64,000 nucleotides of DNA from Clostridiaceae bacterium BRH_c20a (GCA_000961765.1 LADT01000019.1:7110-71109), one strand, 5' to 3'. Shown: positions 27,057 to 37,909, counted from the stretch's first letter. Translations and numbers: made by a program. The notes: generated by a model not told the origin, from the sequence alone.

Positions 27057-28037
27057 ATGATTACTGTAAAAAATTTAAGTAAAACATTTAATGTTAATAA
27101 GCGGCAGGAAGGTATGCTGGGAGCTGTTCGCAGTCTCTTTTGGCGTGAATACATCAGTAAAAAAGCTGTTGATGATATCTCTTTTAATATCTCCCCTGGG
27201 GAAATAGTGGGTTACATCGGCCCTAATGGGGCGGGTAAATCCACAACAATCAAAATGCTGACCGGAATACTTGTCCCAACCTCCGGAGAGATTTTAGTAA
27301 ACGGAATTGTTCCCTTTCAGAATAGACAAAAAAATGCCCGACAGATTGGGGTCGTTTTTGGACAAAGGACTCAGCTCTGGTGGGATTTGCCTACCCAGGA
27401 TTCCTTTGAGCTTTTAAAGCATATTTACCAGATTCCTGAACAAACTTACCGGCAAAACATGGCTGATTTTATCGATATCTTAGCAATGGAAGAATTTTTA
27501 GATACACCCGTCCGACAATTATCCCTGGGTCAGAGAATGCGAGCGGATATAGCTGCTTCTCTGCTTCATGATCCCTCAATTCTTTTCCTTGATGAACCGA
27601 CTATCGGTCTTGATGTTGTGGCTAAGGACAGGATGAGGAAATTTATTCAGAAAATTAATAGAGAGCGGGGGGTAACGGTTATTCTTACCACCCATGATAT
27701 GGCAGATATTGAAAAGCTCTGCCAACGGATGATTTTGATTGATCAAGGGAAGATAATGTACGATGGGGAACTCTCTAAGGTTAAGGAGGTTTTTGGCGCG
27801 GCCCGTATTCTGATTATCGACTTAGAAGGGGATGCCCCCTTTGAGGAAAAGGGTGTAGAGCTGATTCGAGAAGAAGGGCAGAGGAAATGGCTGAAATTTA
27901 ACAGGGATGAAATAAGTTCGGCACAACTGTTGGCTGAAATAGCCAAAAAATATGAGATAAAGGACCTCATTATTCAAGAGCCGGAGATTGATTATATAAT
28001 CCGAAAAGTTTATGAACGGGGACTTAATATCTCCTAA
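27057..28037 (+). CDS. ABC transporter ATP-binding protein
   Basis: GPNGAGKST, LSLGQRMR, LFLDEPTIGLD. Confidence 0.95.
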   Translation: MITVKNLSKTFNVNKRQEGMLGAVRSLFWREYISKKAVDDISFNISPGEIVGYIGPNGAGKSTTIKMLTGILVPTSGEILVNGIVPFQNRQKNARQIGVVFGQRTQLWWDLPTQDSFELLKHIYQIPEQTYRQNMADFIDILAMEEFLDTPVRQLSLGQRMRADIAASLLHDPSILFLDEPTIGLDVVAKDRMRKFIQKINRERGVTVILTTHDMADIEKLCQRMILIDQGKIMYDGELSKVKEVFGAARILIIDLEGDAPFEEKGVELIREEGQRKWLKFNRDEISSAQLLAEIAKKYEIKDLIIQEPEIDYIIRKVYERGLNIS

Positions 28038-28099
28038 AAGCCACCCTTGCGGTGGTTTTTGGTTTTTATATTAAATTTAGATAAAAATAGAAAAACAGT

Positions 28100-28588
28100 A
28101 TGGGTATAGCAATATTCCCCGATGATGGGGATAATATTGATGAATTATTGAAAAATGCTGATACTGCAATGTATAAGGCTAAAGAACTAGGTAAAAATAA
28201 CATTCAGTTTTTTAATAAAGCAATGAAAGAAGAAATTTTAAGAAAGATTGACATTGAAAATAGTTTAAGAACTGCTATGGAAAATCAGGAGCTGTTCTTG
28301 GAGTATCAATCCTTATCGACTCTGTGGCTGCCTCTAAATACGATGAAAATTGATAAATCTTTTATCGCCGATATCTGTCTAGAAGCAAATAATTCTAATT
28401 TAGTTGAAGCTATTATTACAATTGCTCATTTGATGGGTTTGGAAATTACTGCTGAGGGTGTAGAAACTAAAGAACAGTTGGATTGCCTACTCCAAGCTGA
28501 TTGTGATGGGGTTCAGGGATATTTATTTAGTAAGCCCATTAGTGCCATAGAAGTACCTTTGTTTTTGAGTGCAAAGGGTAAGCTTTAA
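28100..28588 (+). pseudogene. GGDEF-EAL protein remnant (5' truncated and internally deleted)
   Basis: GIAIFPDDG..LLKNADTAMYKAKELGKNN is the end of a GGDEF domain. ELFLEYQ is the start of an EAL domain and joins directly to SLSTLWLPLNTMKIDKSF..AEGVETKEQ..QGYLFSKP, the EAL C-terminus. The EAL and DDFGTG core is missing. Confidence 0.85.
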
Positions 28589-28598
28589 GGAAGTAGGC

Positions 28599-30071
28599 TT
28601 AATTTTTAAGTACAGCACGCTGGTTTTTAAAAGTGCTTGTATTACTGTTTCCGTCCATGAGTAAAGACAGTAGGGCGGAACCAACCATAAAAAATGTTAA
28701 ATAAAGAAAATCATCATTGACAGCCTGGACAGCAGCAATAGCGTAGCTGGCAGTGCCCTGGATAATTTCACCGCTATAGCCCGCCTCGGCATAATAACGG
28801 GCGGTGTTAATGCTCAACACTACTGTTAGAATATTGATAGATATGACTGATACTATTTGCTTGCCCCAGTTAAACATGGATGAGGCATGGCCGGTCAAAG
28901 AGCTTGGTACATTTCCCAAACCGTAATCAGTCAGAGGCATCTTAACTATACCCATGCCCAGAAGACGGATACTCATATATATGGTAATAGCAACAACACC
29001 AGTGGAAAGTCCTGCCCGGCTCAGGGCATAATTACCTATGGCGGCAATCATAAGCCCGGAAAAAACTAAAATTTTGCTAGAGACCTTGTTGAAGAGGTAA
29101 TTTGAGGCTACATTTCCCATTACCATGGCTACTGAGGGCAGGATAAGAATCAGTCCGGATACCATAGGTGAATAGCCTAAAATGGTCTGGACATACACTG
29201 CCACCAGGATACCGTTTATGCCTAAGGTCATTGCTATTACACAATTTATTAGCAGAGCGATGGCAAAAGGACGGTATTTTAGGACCTTGAAGTTTAAAAT
29301 GGGCTGATTGCTATTGGTCTCCCTGATGATGAATAACAGGCTAAGCAGTAATCCCACTGCTAGAAAAAAGATGAATTTGGGGCTAGTTGCGCCCCAGACC
29401 TGTACATTGGTAAAGCCAATGAGCACCAGACCGGTGCCTACAGCCACCATGAGGATACCGGCAAAATCCATCGGTTCCCTATTTTGTCCAAGGTCTACGG
29501 GTAGGCTACGCCAGCTCAGGTATAGAGCCAAAGCCACCATAGGGACATTAATGAGAAAAAGGATATGCCAACTGGAAAATTCCAGTAGCATTCCGGCAAT
29601 GGAGGGGCCTATCGCTACTCCTAAGGAGTGAGACATAACGGTGACGCCCAGGTAATAGGGCTGTTTTTCCTTGGGAATATTACGGTATAACAGGGTCATG
29701 GTACAGGGTATAAGTACCCCGGAAACAGCACCTTTTACTATGCGGAAAAACACCAGGCTGTAAAGTCCCCAGGCGCTGGCGCAGGCTAAAGAGGACAATC
29801 CCATAGCAGCCAGCGCGGTCAAAAATAGTTTGCGGTAGCTGTACCGCTCACCAAAGTAGCTGGCTAAAGGCATTGCCATACCTAAAGATAGCATATAGCC
29901 CACCACTATCCACTGTGCCATGCGGATGTCGGTGTTAAATATAGTTATAAAGCTGGGCAGGGCAATGCTCACAGTCGTGTTATTCAGCATGATTGTAATT
30001 CCTGTCACCACCACCGCCGCTAAGAGCGCCTGCTGCTTTTTCTCGTCCTTTAAATATCCGGCGTTCTCCAT
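28599..30071 (-). CDS. MFS transporter, 14-TM DHA2/EmrB-like
   Basis: Second ATG (30071) preferred because GGGAGGG lies 6 nt upstream; about 14 hydrophobic segments. Confidence 0.88.
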   Translation of the reverse strand: MENAGYLKDEKKQQALLAAVVVTGITIMLNNTTVSIALPSFITIFNTDIRMAQWIVVGYMLSLGMAMPLASYFGERYSYRKLFLTALAAMGLSSLACASAWGLYSLVFFRIVKGAVSGVLIPCTMTLLYRNIPKEKQPYYLGVTVMSHSLGVAIGPSIAGMLLEFSSWHILFLINVPMVALALYLSWRSLPVDLGQNREPMDFAGILMVAVGTGLVLIGFTNVQVWGATSPKFIFFLAVGLLLSLLFIIRETNSNQPILNFKVLKYRPFAIALLINCVIAMTLGINGILVAVYVQTILGYSPMVSGLILILPSVAMVMGNVASNYLFNKVSSKILVFSGLMIAAIGNYALSRAGLSTGVVAITIYMSIRLLGMGIVKMPLTDYGLGNVPSSLTGHASSMFNWGKQIVSVISINILTVVLSINTARYYAEAGYSGEIIQGTASYAIAAVQAVNDDFLYLTFFMVGSALLSLLMDGNSNTSTFKNQRAVLKN

Positions 30072-30165
30072 TTTTTGCCCTCCCATGATTACTCGTGCTT
30101 AGAACTATCTCTATCTATTATAAAAGAGTTTACTAAATTTACAAATTAATTTTTTTATTACAATT

Positions 30166-30177
30166 CTAGTTAACTAG
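30166..30177. promoter_or_regulatory. perfect 12-bp palindrome in the divergent intergenic region
   Basis: CTAGTTAACTAG between the MFS and helicase genes. Confidence 0.3.
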
Positions 30178-30359
30178 TGGATAATACGCGCTGGAGTAGT
30201 TTCTCCCAGTGCACTTTTTGGTGTATGATATAATTACAGAGCTTAGATAACTCACTATTGAGAATAATAAGGTTTTGTTTTTTAGGCTTAAATTATGTAG
30301 AAATGGAAAAAACTAAAAAATATGAAAATGATTTTTAAAAGAGGTGCTGATAAATAAAC

Positions 30360-31517
30360 ATGGAAAATTTATTTCAACAATTGGGGTTAAATGAAAAAAT
30401 AATTAAAGGGCTAGAAAAAGGCGGCATTTTAAAGCCTACCAAAATACAAGAACAATCTATACCTGAAATACTATTAAACAGTGACATAATAGCGGAATCA
30501 GAAACAGGCAGCGGAAAAACCTTAGCATATCTGCTCCCATTATTTCAAAAAATACAATGGGCAAAAAGGGATATACAGGCAGTTATCCTGCTACCAACTC
30601 ATGAACTTGCAATACAAGTAAATTCAGAAATTAAGAAACTTGCCCAGAACTCAGACATCCCCATAATCTCAACCCCGATAATTGGAAATGTTAATATAAA
30701 GAGACAAATGGAAAATATAAAAAAAGACAAACCCCATATCATAGTAGGTTCTCCGGGGAGAATACTGGAACTTATTCAAATGAAAGTAATTAGAGCACAT
30801 ACAGCCGAAACAATTATCGTTGATGAGGCCGATAGACTTTTAGATAAAAATAATCTTGAGGAAATAAAAGCAATTATAAAGACCACATTAAAAGAACGAC
30901 AATTAATGTTTTTTTCAGCCACTATTACCAATAGTGCTTTGGAAACGGCTAAAGAAATGATGAAAAGTTATAAATTTATAAAAATTAAGGATAAGACAGT
31001 CCTGCATGAAAATATTAAGCATATGTTTTTTACTTGTGAGCGCAGGGAAAAAGTAGCTGTTTTAAGAAAACTATTATTTATACTAAAGCCTAAAAGAGCT
31101 ATTGCTTTTATTAATATTGCATATGAAATAGAAAATGCCATTGAAAGTCTGAAATATCATGGAGAAAAGGTAGAAGCAATATACGGAAAAACAAATAAAG
31201 AAGAGCGCAAAAATGCTATGCATAATTTTCAAACAGGAAAAGTAAATCTGCTTATAGCATCTGATATAGCTGCTAGGGGGCTTGATATAAAAGATGTAGA
31301 TTACATATTTAGTATTGATATTCCCGAAGAGGCCGAAAAGTATCTGCATAGAGCAGGTAGAACCGCGAGAGCAGGTAAAGAAGGAATATCTATTTGTATT
31401 ATCTTAGAAGAAGAGAGACAATTGTTGGAAAACTATGAGAAGAAACTTAAAATAAAAATGGAAGCCAAGGATATGTATAAAGGAAAAATAATAGAAGTGA
31501 AAAGTAAGGCAAGATAA
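30360..31517 (+). CDS. DEAD-box ATP-dependent RNA helicase (short form)
   Basis: 385 aa; ESETGSGKTLAYLLP, VDEADRLLD, SAT, HRAGRTARAGKEG. Confidence 0.93.
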   Translation: MENLFQQLGLNEKIIKGLEKGGILKPTKIQEQSIPEILLNSDIIAESETGSGKTLAYLLPLFQKIQWAKRDIQAVILLPTHELAIQVNSEIKKLAQNSDIPIISTPIIGNVNIKRQMENIKKDKPHIIVGSPGRILELIQMKVIRAHTAETIIVDEADRLLDKNNLEEIKAIIKTTLKERQLMFFSATITNSALETAKEMMKSYKFIKIKDKTVLHENIKHMFFTCERREKVAVLRKLLFILKPKRAIAFINIAYEIENAIESLKYHGEKVEAIYGKTNKEERKNAMHNFQTGKVNLLIASDIAARGLDIKDVDYIFSIDIPEEAEKYLHRAGRTARAGKEGISICIILEEERQLLENYEKKLKIKMEAKDMYKGKIIEVKSKAR

Positions 31518-31563
31518 AGTTTCTCTTAGCGGAACAAGTTAAAAAAAAATGAGGGCATTAATA

Positions 31564-31827
31564 ATGTATTTTATTTATATTCTAGAGTGTAAAGATGGTA
31601 CTCTTTACACTGGATGGACAACTAATATTAAAGCTAGAATAGAAAAACATAACCAAGGCAAAGGTGCTAAGTATACCCGACCACGACTTCCGGTTACTCT
31701 AAGATATTATGAAGTATTTGAAACAAAGACGGAAGCTATGCAAAGAGAGGCATTAATTAAAAAAATGACAAGGATAGCAAAATATACATTAATAGAAAGT
31801 AAACCCTTAAAAGATGACATCTCTTAA
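31564..31827 (+). CDS. GIY-YIG nuclease family protein
   Basis: [39 protein letters not shown]; ATG 31564 has SD GAGGG 7 nt upstream. Confidence 0.88.
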   Translation: MYFIYILECKDGTLYTGWTTNIKARIEKHNQGKGAKYTRPRLPVTLRYYEVFETKTEAMQREALIKKMTRIAKYTLIESKPLKDDIS

Positions 31828-31920
31828 TTTAAGGGAATTATTTTTTAAAATGATAAAAAACGGTGGTTAAAATTAGTACTAATGGTATAAAATAGAGGTG
31901 GAAATTATTTATGGTGAGGG

Positions 31921-32589
31921 ATGTCCATGACGGCTAATGAGAATAGAGAATATGAAAAATTAGTAAACAGATATACTATAGGTGAAGAAATTTTTAATGG
32001 CATAACCCATGGTATCGGGGCCCTGCTTAGTATTGTTGCATTGGTGATACTTGTTGCTTTTGCTAGCATTAAAGGTGATGTCTGGCGTATAGTTAGTTTC
32101 AGCATCTACGGGTTTACCCTTTTTTTCTTGTATTTATCATCTACCCTTTATCACAGTATTTTTCATGAGAAAGCCAAAAGGGTACTACGATTATTTGATC
32201 ATATTTCTATATATTTACTGATTGCCGGGAGTTATACCCCGATAACCTTAATTGCAATGCGAGGGGTATGGGGCTGGACAATTTTCGGTATTATTTGGGG
32301 TTTGGCTTTTACGGGAATAATATTAAAAATAATGGGGATGAAAAGGTTTAAAATTGTATCTTTATTATTGTATCTTCTTATGGGTTGGTTAATAATAATT
32401 GCTTTCAAGCCCATGATGGCTATGATTCCAAACGGACTTTTTTCTTGGCTTCTGGCTGCAGGGTTAATCTATACTATTGGTATTGGTTTTTATATTTGGC
32501 GCAGGCCTTTTAGTCATGGAATTTGGCATCTTTTTGTCTTGGGTGGTAGTACGGTGCACTTTTTAGGTATGCTGTTGTATCTTGCTTAA
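31921..32589 (+). CDS. hemolysin III / PAQR family membrane protein
   Basis: 222 aa, 7 TM; EEIFNGITHGIGALLSI and HxxxH-type motifs; start 31921 or 31927. Confidence 0.85.
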   Translation: MSMTANENREYEKLVNRYTIGEEIFNGITHGIGALLSIVALVILVAFASIKGDVWRIVSFSIYGFTLFFLYLSSTLYHSIFHEKAKRVLRLFDHISIYLLIAGSYTPITLIAMRGVWGWTIFGIIWGLAFTGIILKIMGMKRFKIVSLLLYLLMGWLIIIAFKPMMAMIPNGLFSWLLAAGLIYTIGIGFYIWRRPFSHGIWHLFVLGGSTVHFLGMLLYLA

Positions 32590-32755
32590 TACTACCCTTA
32601 TTCAATGAATAAAGTGGAAAAATATCGTATGAAGACACTAAAATCGCCTGCTAGGCGATTTTTTGCTCTTGAAATGTAAATACTAGTTTTATTCATGGGA
32701 ACCCTAGAGCAAAAGGATATTTCTCTGGGTCCAACCCAAATAATGAAAAAGAGGT

Positions 32756-33310
32756 GTGCCTCCTTTCCTTATGTTGAAATTAATTAAAGTACCTTTTACC
32801 TATCAAGCTACTACCTTTAGCTGTGGAGCAGCTGCTTTGCAATCAGTCTTATTTTATTACGGTTTAGCAATGCGGGAAAAAGAAATGGCAGAGAAATTAC
32901 ATACAAATCCCGAAATCGGGACTAAGTATAAAAGTATAATTGAGCTAGCTAGAACCTTTGGTTTTAATGCAGAGGGTCATTTAAATATGACAATAGGTCA
33001 ATTGGAAGATAAAATCAACGAAAACATACCTGTTATCGTGTTAATCCAAGCTTGGGCAAAACAGTCCACAAACTATCATAATAACTCGGGTAATGAGCAT
33101 TATGTGGTAGCCATTGGTTTTGATCGGGAAAATTTTTATTTTATGGATCCCTATACCTTAGGAAATTACACTTATATCCCTAGGGCGGATTATAGTCAGC
33201 GTTGGCATGGCAGAGAAGGGGAGATAGTTCTAGAGCATTTAGGAATTATTATTACTGGGAAAAAGGGAAGAGCAGCATTTAACCCAGCGGAAATATTAAA
33301 ATTAGAGTAA
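32756..33310 (+). CDS. papain-like C39-type cysteine peptidase domain protein
   Basis: 184 aa; YQATTFSCGAAALQSVLFYYG (catalytic Cys context) and a later HYVVAIGFD His context. Confidence 0.6.
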   Translation: MPPFLMLKLIKVPFTYQATTFSCGAAALQSVLFYYGLAMREKEMAEKLHTNPEIGTKYKSIIELARTFGFNAEGHLNMTIGQLEDKINENIPVIVLIQAWAKQSTNYHNNSGNEHYVVAIGFDRENFYFMDPYTLGNYTYIPRADYSQRWHGREGEIVLEHLGIIITGKKGRAAFNPAEILKLE

Positions 33311-33333
33311 AATAGTAGTAAAAAAATGAAAGA

Positions 33334-34050
33334 GTGAAGGATATGGACGGATATACCTTGAGCTTTGAAAAGGAAATACACAGAATTAGAAGTGGAGAAT
33401 CTGTTTTGGCTGTTATTTTAACAGGAGCAGCGGCTGAGTTGCTTGATTTTACAAAACTAAGGGATATAGACATTTTTGTTATTTTGTCAAAAGGCCAATT
33501 TTTGGAACGGGAAGTAGCAGATAAAGACGGTATTATCTGGGATATAACTTATCTGCCGGTAAGTGTTTTAAAACAGGGAATAAAGGAAAAATGGCCTTTT
33601 CTGATCCACGGATTGTATAAAAGTAAACCCATAAGTTTAGATATGCAAGTAAGTTCTCTATTGGCGCAAATCCAAAGTCTCTATCTTCAGGGACCGGGAG
33701 CATTACCCGAGGAAGAATTAAAGTATTTAAGGTTTAAGCTAACCCAGGATTATGAAGATTTATTTAATCGGAGAGGAGATGCTTTAAATGCAAAGTTCCT
33801 TGCCTATTATTTATTTAAGGAAATTTTGACTGCGTATTTTAGGCTTAATAATAAATGGGTACCCCGGGAAAAGAAAATATTATCTTCAATTAAACAGGAG
33901 AAGGAATTATATAAATTATGCTTAAATTTTTTGGAAGAAAATAATGTGGAAAAAAATCTTTCTTACCTGCAAAATATGATAAAATATGTATTAAATCCTT
34001 GGGGAGGAAAACTAATAAATTGGCCTAAAGGGAAATTCCCTTTAAAATAG
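33334..34050 (+). CDS. nucleotidyltransferase-domain protein (tentative)
   Basis: 238 aa; LTGAAAELLDFTKLRDIDIFVI resembles the G-S/x..DxD minimal NTase motif. Confidence 0.45.
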   Translation: MKDMDGYTLSFEKEIHRIRSGESVLAVILTGAAAELLDFTKLRDIDIFVILSKGQFLEREVADKDGIIWDITYLPVSVLKQGIKEKWPFLIHGLYKSKPISLDMQVSSLLAQIQSLYLQGPGALPEEELKYLRFKLTQDYEDLFNRRGDALNAKFLAYYLFKEILTAYFRLNNKWVPREKKILSSIKQEKELYKLCLNFLEENNVEKNLSYLQNMIKYVLNPWGGKLINWPKGKFPLK

Positions 34051-34071
34051 CCGAAGAGAAGAGGTTTTTAC

Positions 34072-34638
34072 GTGGATAAGGAAAGAATTGAGAAGGCTGT
34101 AAAGGAAATATTACTGGCCATTGGAGAAGACCCAAATAGAGAAGGATTGTTAAATACACCTAAAAGGATCGCTAGTATGTATGAAGAAATATTTGCGGGA
34201 TTAGAAGACGACCCAGGAAAACATCTGGAGATATATTTTGAGGAAGAAAACCATGAGGAACTAGTCTTAGTTAAAGACATCCCTTTCCATAGTATGTGTG
34301 AGCATCACCTTGTTCCCTTTTTTGGTAAATGCCATGTAGGCTATATTCCTAAAGGAGGCAAATTAACCGGTTTAAGTAAATTGGCCAGGGTAGTTGAAAT
34401 GGTAGCTCGCAGACCACAGCTCCAGGAACGATTAACTTGTACAATTGCCGATACCATTGTGGACAAGCTTGCACCTCATGGTGTAATTGTAGTTGTTGAG
34501 GCAGAGCATATGTGCATGACTATGCGGGGTGTTAAAAAACCTGGGTCTAAGACACTGACCTCAGCAGTACGGGGAATATTTAAAAAAGATGCAAAATCCA
34601 GAGCGGAAGCACTGGCGTTGATTAATTTTGGAAGATAG
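34072..34638 (+). CDS. folE: GTP cyclohydrolase I
   Basis: 188 aa, GTG start; [32 protein letters not shown]. Confidence 0.95.
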   Translation: MDKERIEKAVKEILLAIGEDPNREGLLNTPKRIASMYEEIFAGLEDDPGKHLEIYFEEENHEELVLVKDIPFHSMCEHHLVPFFGKCHVGYIPKGGKLTGLSKLARVVEMVARRPQLQERLTCTIADTIVDKLAPHGVIVVVEAEHMCMTMRGVKKPGSKTLTSAVRGIFKKDAKSRAEALALINFGR

Positions 34639-34649
34639 TAACCCCTGCA

Positions 34650-34682
34650 GGTTAAGGTTAAGGCTGAGGCTGAGGTTAAGAA
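34650..34682. repeat. short hexamer array between folE and folP
   Basis: GGTTAAGGTTAAGGCTGAGGCTGAGGTTAAGAA; followed by TGTCAGACGCA / TGTCAAGACAC words (34722-34764). Confidence 0.9.
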
Positions 34683-34764
34683 GAAAACAATATAGATTTC
34701 GCTGTGATGACACCAAAGGATTGTCAGACGCATAATTTTTACCCTTAAGGAGTTGTCAAGACAC

Positions 34765-35601
34765 ATGTATTTCAATAGATTTGTCAATATGAAGTGTGGA
34801 AATACTACGCTAAATTTGGGATCTAAAACCTATATCATGGGTATCTTAAATGTTACTCCTGATTCTTTTTCTGATGGCGGTGACTTCGCTGATGTAGAGA
34901 AGGCTGTAGCCCATGCTCATATAATGGTTCGGGAAGGGGCGGACATTATTGACATCGGCGGTGAATCGACCAGGCCGGGGTTTGAGGAAATTAGCGCTGA
35001 GGAAGAGCTGGAAAGGGTTTTGCCAGTACTAAAAAGGCTGATAAAGGAGATTGATGTGCCTATATCTGTTGACACCTATAAAGCAGAGGTGGCTAGAGAG
35101 GTTTTGTCGATAGGTGCTAATATAGTCAATGATCAATGGGGTTTAAAAAAAGACCCCAGTCTAGCTGAGGTAATAGCCCAATGGCAGGTTCCGGCCATAT
35201 TTATGCACAATCAGGCTGGAATTGAATATCAAAATGATATTTTAGAAGAAATTAAACTTTCCTTGCAAGAATCAATAGATATTGCTTTAGATGCAGGTGT
35301 CAGGAAGGAAAATATTATCCTAGATCCGGGGATTGGTTTTGGAAAAAACCCGGAGCAGAATATGGTTGTGATGGCCAGGCTCCATGAGCTAAATGAGTTA
35401 GGTTATCCAATACTCTTGGGTACTTCCCGCAAGTCTATGCTAGGAAAAATTTTAGATTTGCCTCCAAAAGATAGAATTGAGGGAACTGTGGCTACTACTG
35501 TGATGGGAATTATGCAGGGAATAGATATTGTGCGGGTACATGACATAAAAGAGAATTGGCGGGCAGCTAAGGTTACTGACGCCATAATAAGAAAGCATTG
35601 A
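34765..35601 (+). CDS. folP: dihydropteroate synthase
   Basis: MGILNVTPDSFSDGG, DIGGESTRPG, DPGIGFGK; start ambiguous (TTG 34753, ATG 34765 or ATG 34789). Confidence 0.93.
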   Translation: MYFNRFVNMKCGNTTLNLGSKTYIMGILNVTPDSFSDGGDFADVEKAVAHAHIMVREGADIIDIGGESTRPGFEEISAEEELERVLPVLKRLIKEIDVPISVDTYKAEVAREVLSIGANIVNDQWGLKKDPSLAEVIAQWQVPAIFMHNQAGIEYQNDILEEIKLSLQESIDIALDAGVRKENIILDPGIGFGKNPEQNMVVMARLHELNELGYPILLGTSRKSMLGKILDLPPKDRIEGTVATTVMGIMQGIDIVRVHDIKENWRAAKVTDAIIRKH

Positions 35602-35610
35602 GGTAAAAAT

Positions 35611-35973
35611 ATGGATAAGATTTTTCTGAAAAATTTAGCTTTTTTTGGATTCCATGGAGTCTTGCAGGAAGAAAAAAATCTTGGGCAAAAATTTTTTGTT
35701 GATGTTGAATTAAGCTTGGACTTAAAAGAGGCCGGAGAAAGTGATAATGTCCAAGATACTGTAAGCTATGCTGATATATATCAATTAGTTAAAGATGTAG
35801 TATCAGACAATCGATTTAATTTGATTGAAGCTTTAGCGGAAAACATTGCCTTTGAAATTTTAAAATATGAAGAAATAACGGAAACAGTTGTCAGGGTACG
35901 CAAACCGGAGGCGCCTGTTGCTGGTATATTTGATTATTTTGGTGTGGAAATAAGGAGAAAAAGAAATGGCTAA
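35611..35973 (+). CDS. folB: dihydroneopterin aldolase
   Basis: 120 aa; LAFFGFHGVLQEEKNLGQKFFVDVEL, VSYADIY. Confidence 0.9.
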   Translation: MDKIFLKNLAFFGFHGVLQEEKNLGQKFFVDVELSLDLKEAGESDNVQDTVSYADIYQLVKDVVSDNRFNLIEALAENIAFEILKYEEITETVVRVRKPEAPVAGIFDYFGVEIRRKRNG

Positions 35974-36442
35974 GGCTTATTTAGGACTTGGCAGCAATCT
36001 AGGTGATAAAAAAACCAATGTAACAACTGCTTTAGAAATGCTTTATAAGAACCCGTTAATAGAAGTACTCAAAATTTCCTCCTTTTATGAAACGGAGCCT
36101 ATAGGCTTTAAGGAACAGGACTGGTTTTTAAATGTTGTTGTGAAGGTAGAGACTTTAGTAGAGCCATATAAGCTGCTTTCCTTTTGTCAGGCTATTGAAG
36201 ATCACCTTCAAAGAAAAAGACTTATAAGATGGGGCCCTAGAACTATGGATGTTGATGTCTTGCTTTATGAAAATTTTTCTTCTGAAGACCCCATATTAAC
36301 GATACCCCACCCGAGAATGACAGAACGGGCCTTTGTTTTAGTGCCCTTAGAGGAAATTGAACCAGATTTAGAAATAAAAGGGCAAAGAATTGGAGAGTTT
36401 TTAAATAAGTTAGAAGATGCTCATATAAAAAGAGTTGATTAA
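35966..36442 (+). CDS. folK: 2-amino-4-hydroxy-6-hydroxymethyldihydropteridine pyrophosphokinase
   Basis: 158 aa; YLGLGSNLGD, RWGPRTMDVDVLLY, HPRMTERAFVLVPL; overlaps folB by 8 nt. Confidence 0.93.
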   Translation: MAKAYLGLGSNLGDKKTNVTTALEMLYKNPLIEVLKISSFYETEPIGFKEQDWFLNVVVKVETLVEPYKLLSFCQAIEDHLQRKRLIRWGPRTMDVDVLLYENFSSEDPILTIPHPRMTERAFVLVPLEEIEPDLEIKGQRIGEFLNKLEDAHIKRVD

Positions 36443-36505
36443 AAAATTGCTAAATATGATATTATTATACTTGTTTGAACAGAAATTTGCTTAGGAAGTG
36501 ATATA

Positions 36506-37678
36506 TTGACCAGCGGCAATGTACATCGGTTAGAAATAAACGGTAGAGAAATTATCCTTATTGGGACAGCCCATGTTTCCAGAAAAAGTGTTGAAGAAGT
36601 TAAAGAGATAATTCAGGAAGAAAAACCTGATGCAGTTTGCGTAGAACTGTGTCAGTCCCGTTACCAATCAATCTCTGATGCTGATAAATGGAAAAATATG
36701 GACATCGTTAAGATTATTAAAGAAGGCAAAGCCTTGATGTTATTAATTAACTTAATTTTGTCCTCTTATCAAAAAAGATTAGCACGGCAGTTTGGTATTC
36801 AACCCGGTCAGGAGATGATTCAGGGTATTGAATCGGCAAATGAACTAGGAGCTACTCTTTGTTTAGCTGACCGGGATATTCAGACGACAATGCTCAGGTT
36901 ATGGAGGGGCATAGGTCTCTGGGGGAAATTCAAGCTGTTTTTCCAACTGATTTTAAGTATGTTTGTTGATGAAGAAGTAAGTGAGGAAGAACTGGAAAAA
37001 ATGAAAAGCCAGGATATGTTAACTGCAGCTTTAGATGAATTATCCCAGTCATTTCCTCTTTTTAAGGCTATCCTAATTGATGAAAGGGATAAATATTTAG
37101 CTCAGAAAATAAAAGAAGCACCGGGAAATAAGGTTATTGCCGTTTTAGGTGCCGGTCATGTTCCGGGGATAAAGAATGAACTATTCCATGACCATGACCT
37201 AGCTGAACTTTCGCGGGTACCACCTGCATCTAAAACAGCGAAGATAATAGGATGGAGTATTCCGGTAGTAATACTAATAATCATTGCTTCTACCTTCTCA
37301 GTTAGTAAGGCTGCAGGTATAGACCAAATGGTAAGCTGGGTTCTTTGGAATGGTTCTTTAGCAGCTCTTGGTACATTACTGGCTCTTGGCCATCCTCTTT
37401 CTATATTGACAGCATTTTTAGCTGCACCGATAAGCTCGTTAAGTCCTCTTCTAGCGGCGGGTTGGTTTGCTGGTCTTACTGAGGCTTTGATAAGAAAGCC
37501 AAATGTTCAGGATTTCGAGAACATGTCTGAGGATATTTATTCTTTCAAAGGTTTTTGGCGTAATAAGGTTACTCATATTCTTTTGGTAGTTGTATTTGCT
37601 AATTTAGGCAGCACCGTAGGTACCTTAGTAGGAGGAGCAGAAGTAGTAAGGCAGTTTATTAATACAGTTTTTGGATAA
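36506..37678 (+). CDS. TraB/GumN family protein
   Basis: 390 aa; GREIILIGTAHVSRKSVEEV, PDAVCVELC, GAGHVPG, C-terminal TM segments. Confidence 0.85.
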   Translation: MTSGNVHRLEINGREIILIGTAHVSRKSVEEVKEIIQEEKPDAVCVELCQSRYQSISDADKWKNMDIVKIIKEGKALMLLINLILSSYQKRLARQFGIQPGQEMIQGIESANELGATLCLADRDIQTTMLRLWRGIGLWGKFKLFFQLILSMFVDEEVSEEELEKMKSQDMLTAALDELSQSFPLFKAILIDERDKYLAQKIKEAPGNKVIAVLGAGHVPGIKNELFHDHDLAELSRVPPASKTAKIIGWSIPVVILIIIASTFSVSKAAGIDQMVSWVLWNGSLAALGTLLALGHPLSILTAFLAAPISSLSPLLAAGWFAGLTEALIRKPNVQDFENMSEDIYSFKGFWRNKVTHILLVVVFANLGSTVGTLVGGAEVVRQFINTVFG

Positions 37679-37700
37679 AGGACGATAGAGCATAGATGCG

Positions 37701-37838
37701 AATTTAGAAATGTAGAATGTAGAATGTAGAAATTTAGAATTTAGAATTTAGAATGTAGAATGAAAAATTTAAAATGAAGAAAACACGAACCCTTTAGGGA
37801 CACATTCATAGACCATAGACCATAGATTATAGAGATAG
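37701..37838. repeat. composite heptamer-array element (TAGAATK array - unique core - CATAGAC array)
   Basis: 8 TAGAAT(G/T) units (37705-37762), core GAAGAAAACACGAACCCTTTAGGGACACAT (37776-37805), CATAGAC-type units (37807-37838). Confidence 0.95.
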
Positions 37839-37847
37839 TCATTTACT

Positions 37848-37873
37848 AAAAGCCTGCAGAAGCAGGTTTTTTT
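37848..37873 (+). terminator. Rho-independent terminator
   Basis: AAAGCCTGC-AGAA-GCAGGTTTT followed by a T-run. Confidence 0.75.
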
Positions 37874-37909
37874 AATTTTTATACAATTGCAAAACTTCTG
37901 AATTTGATA

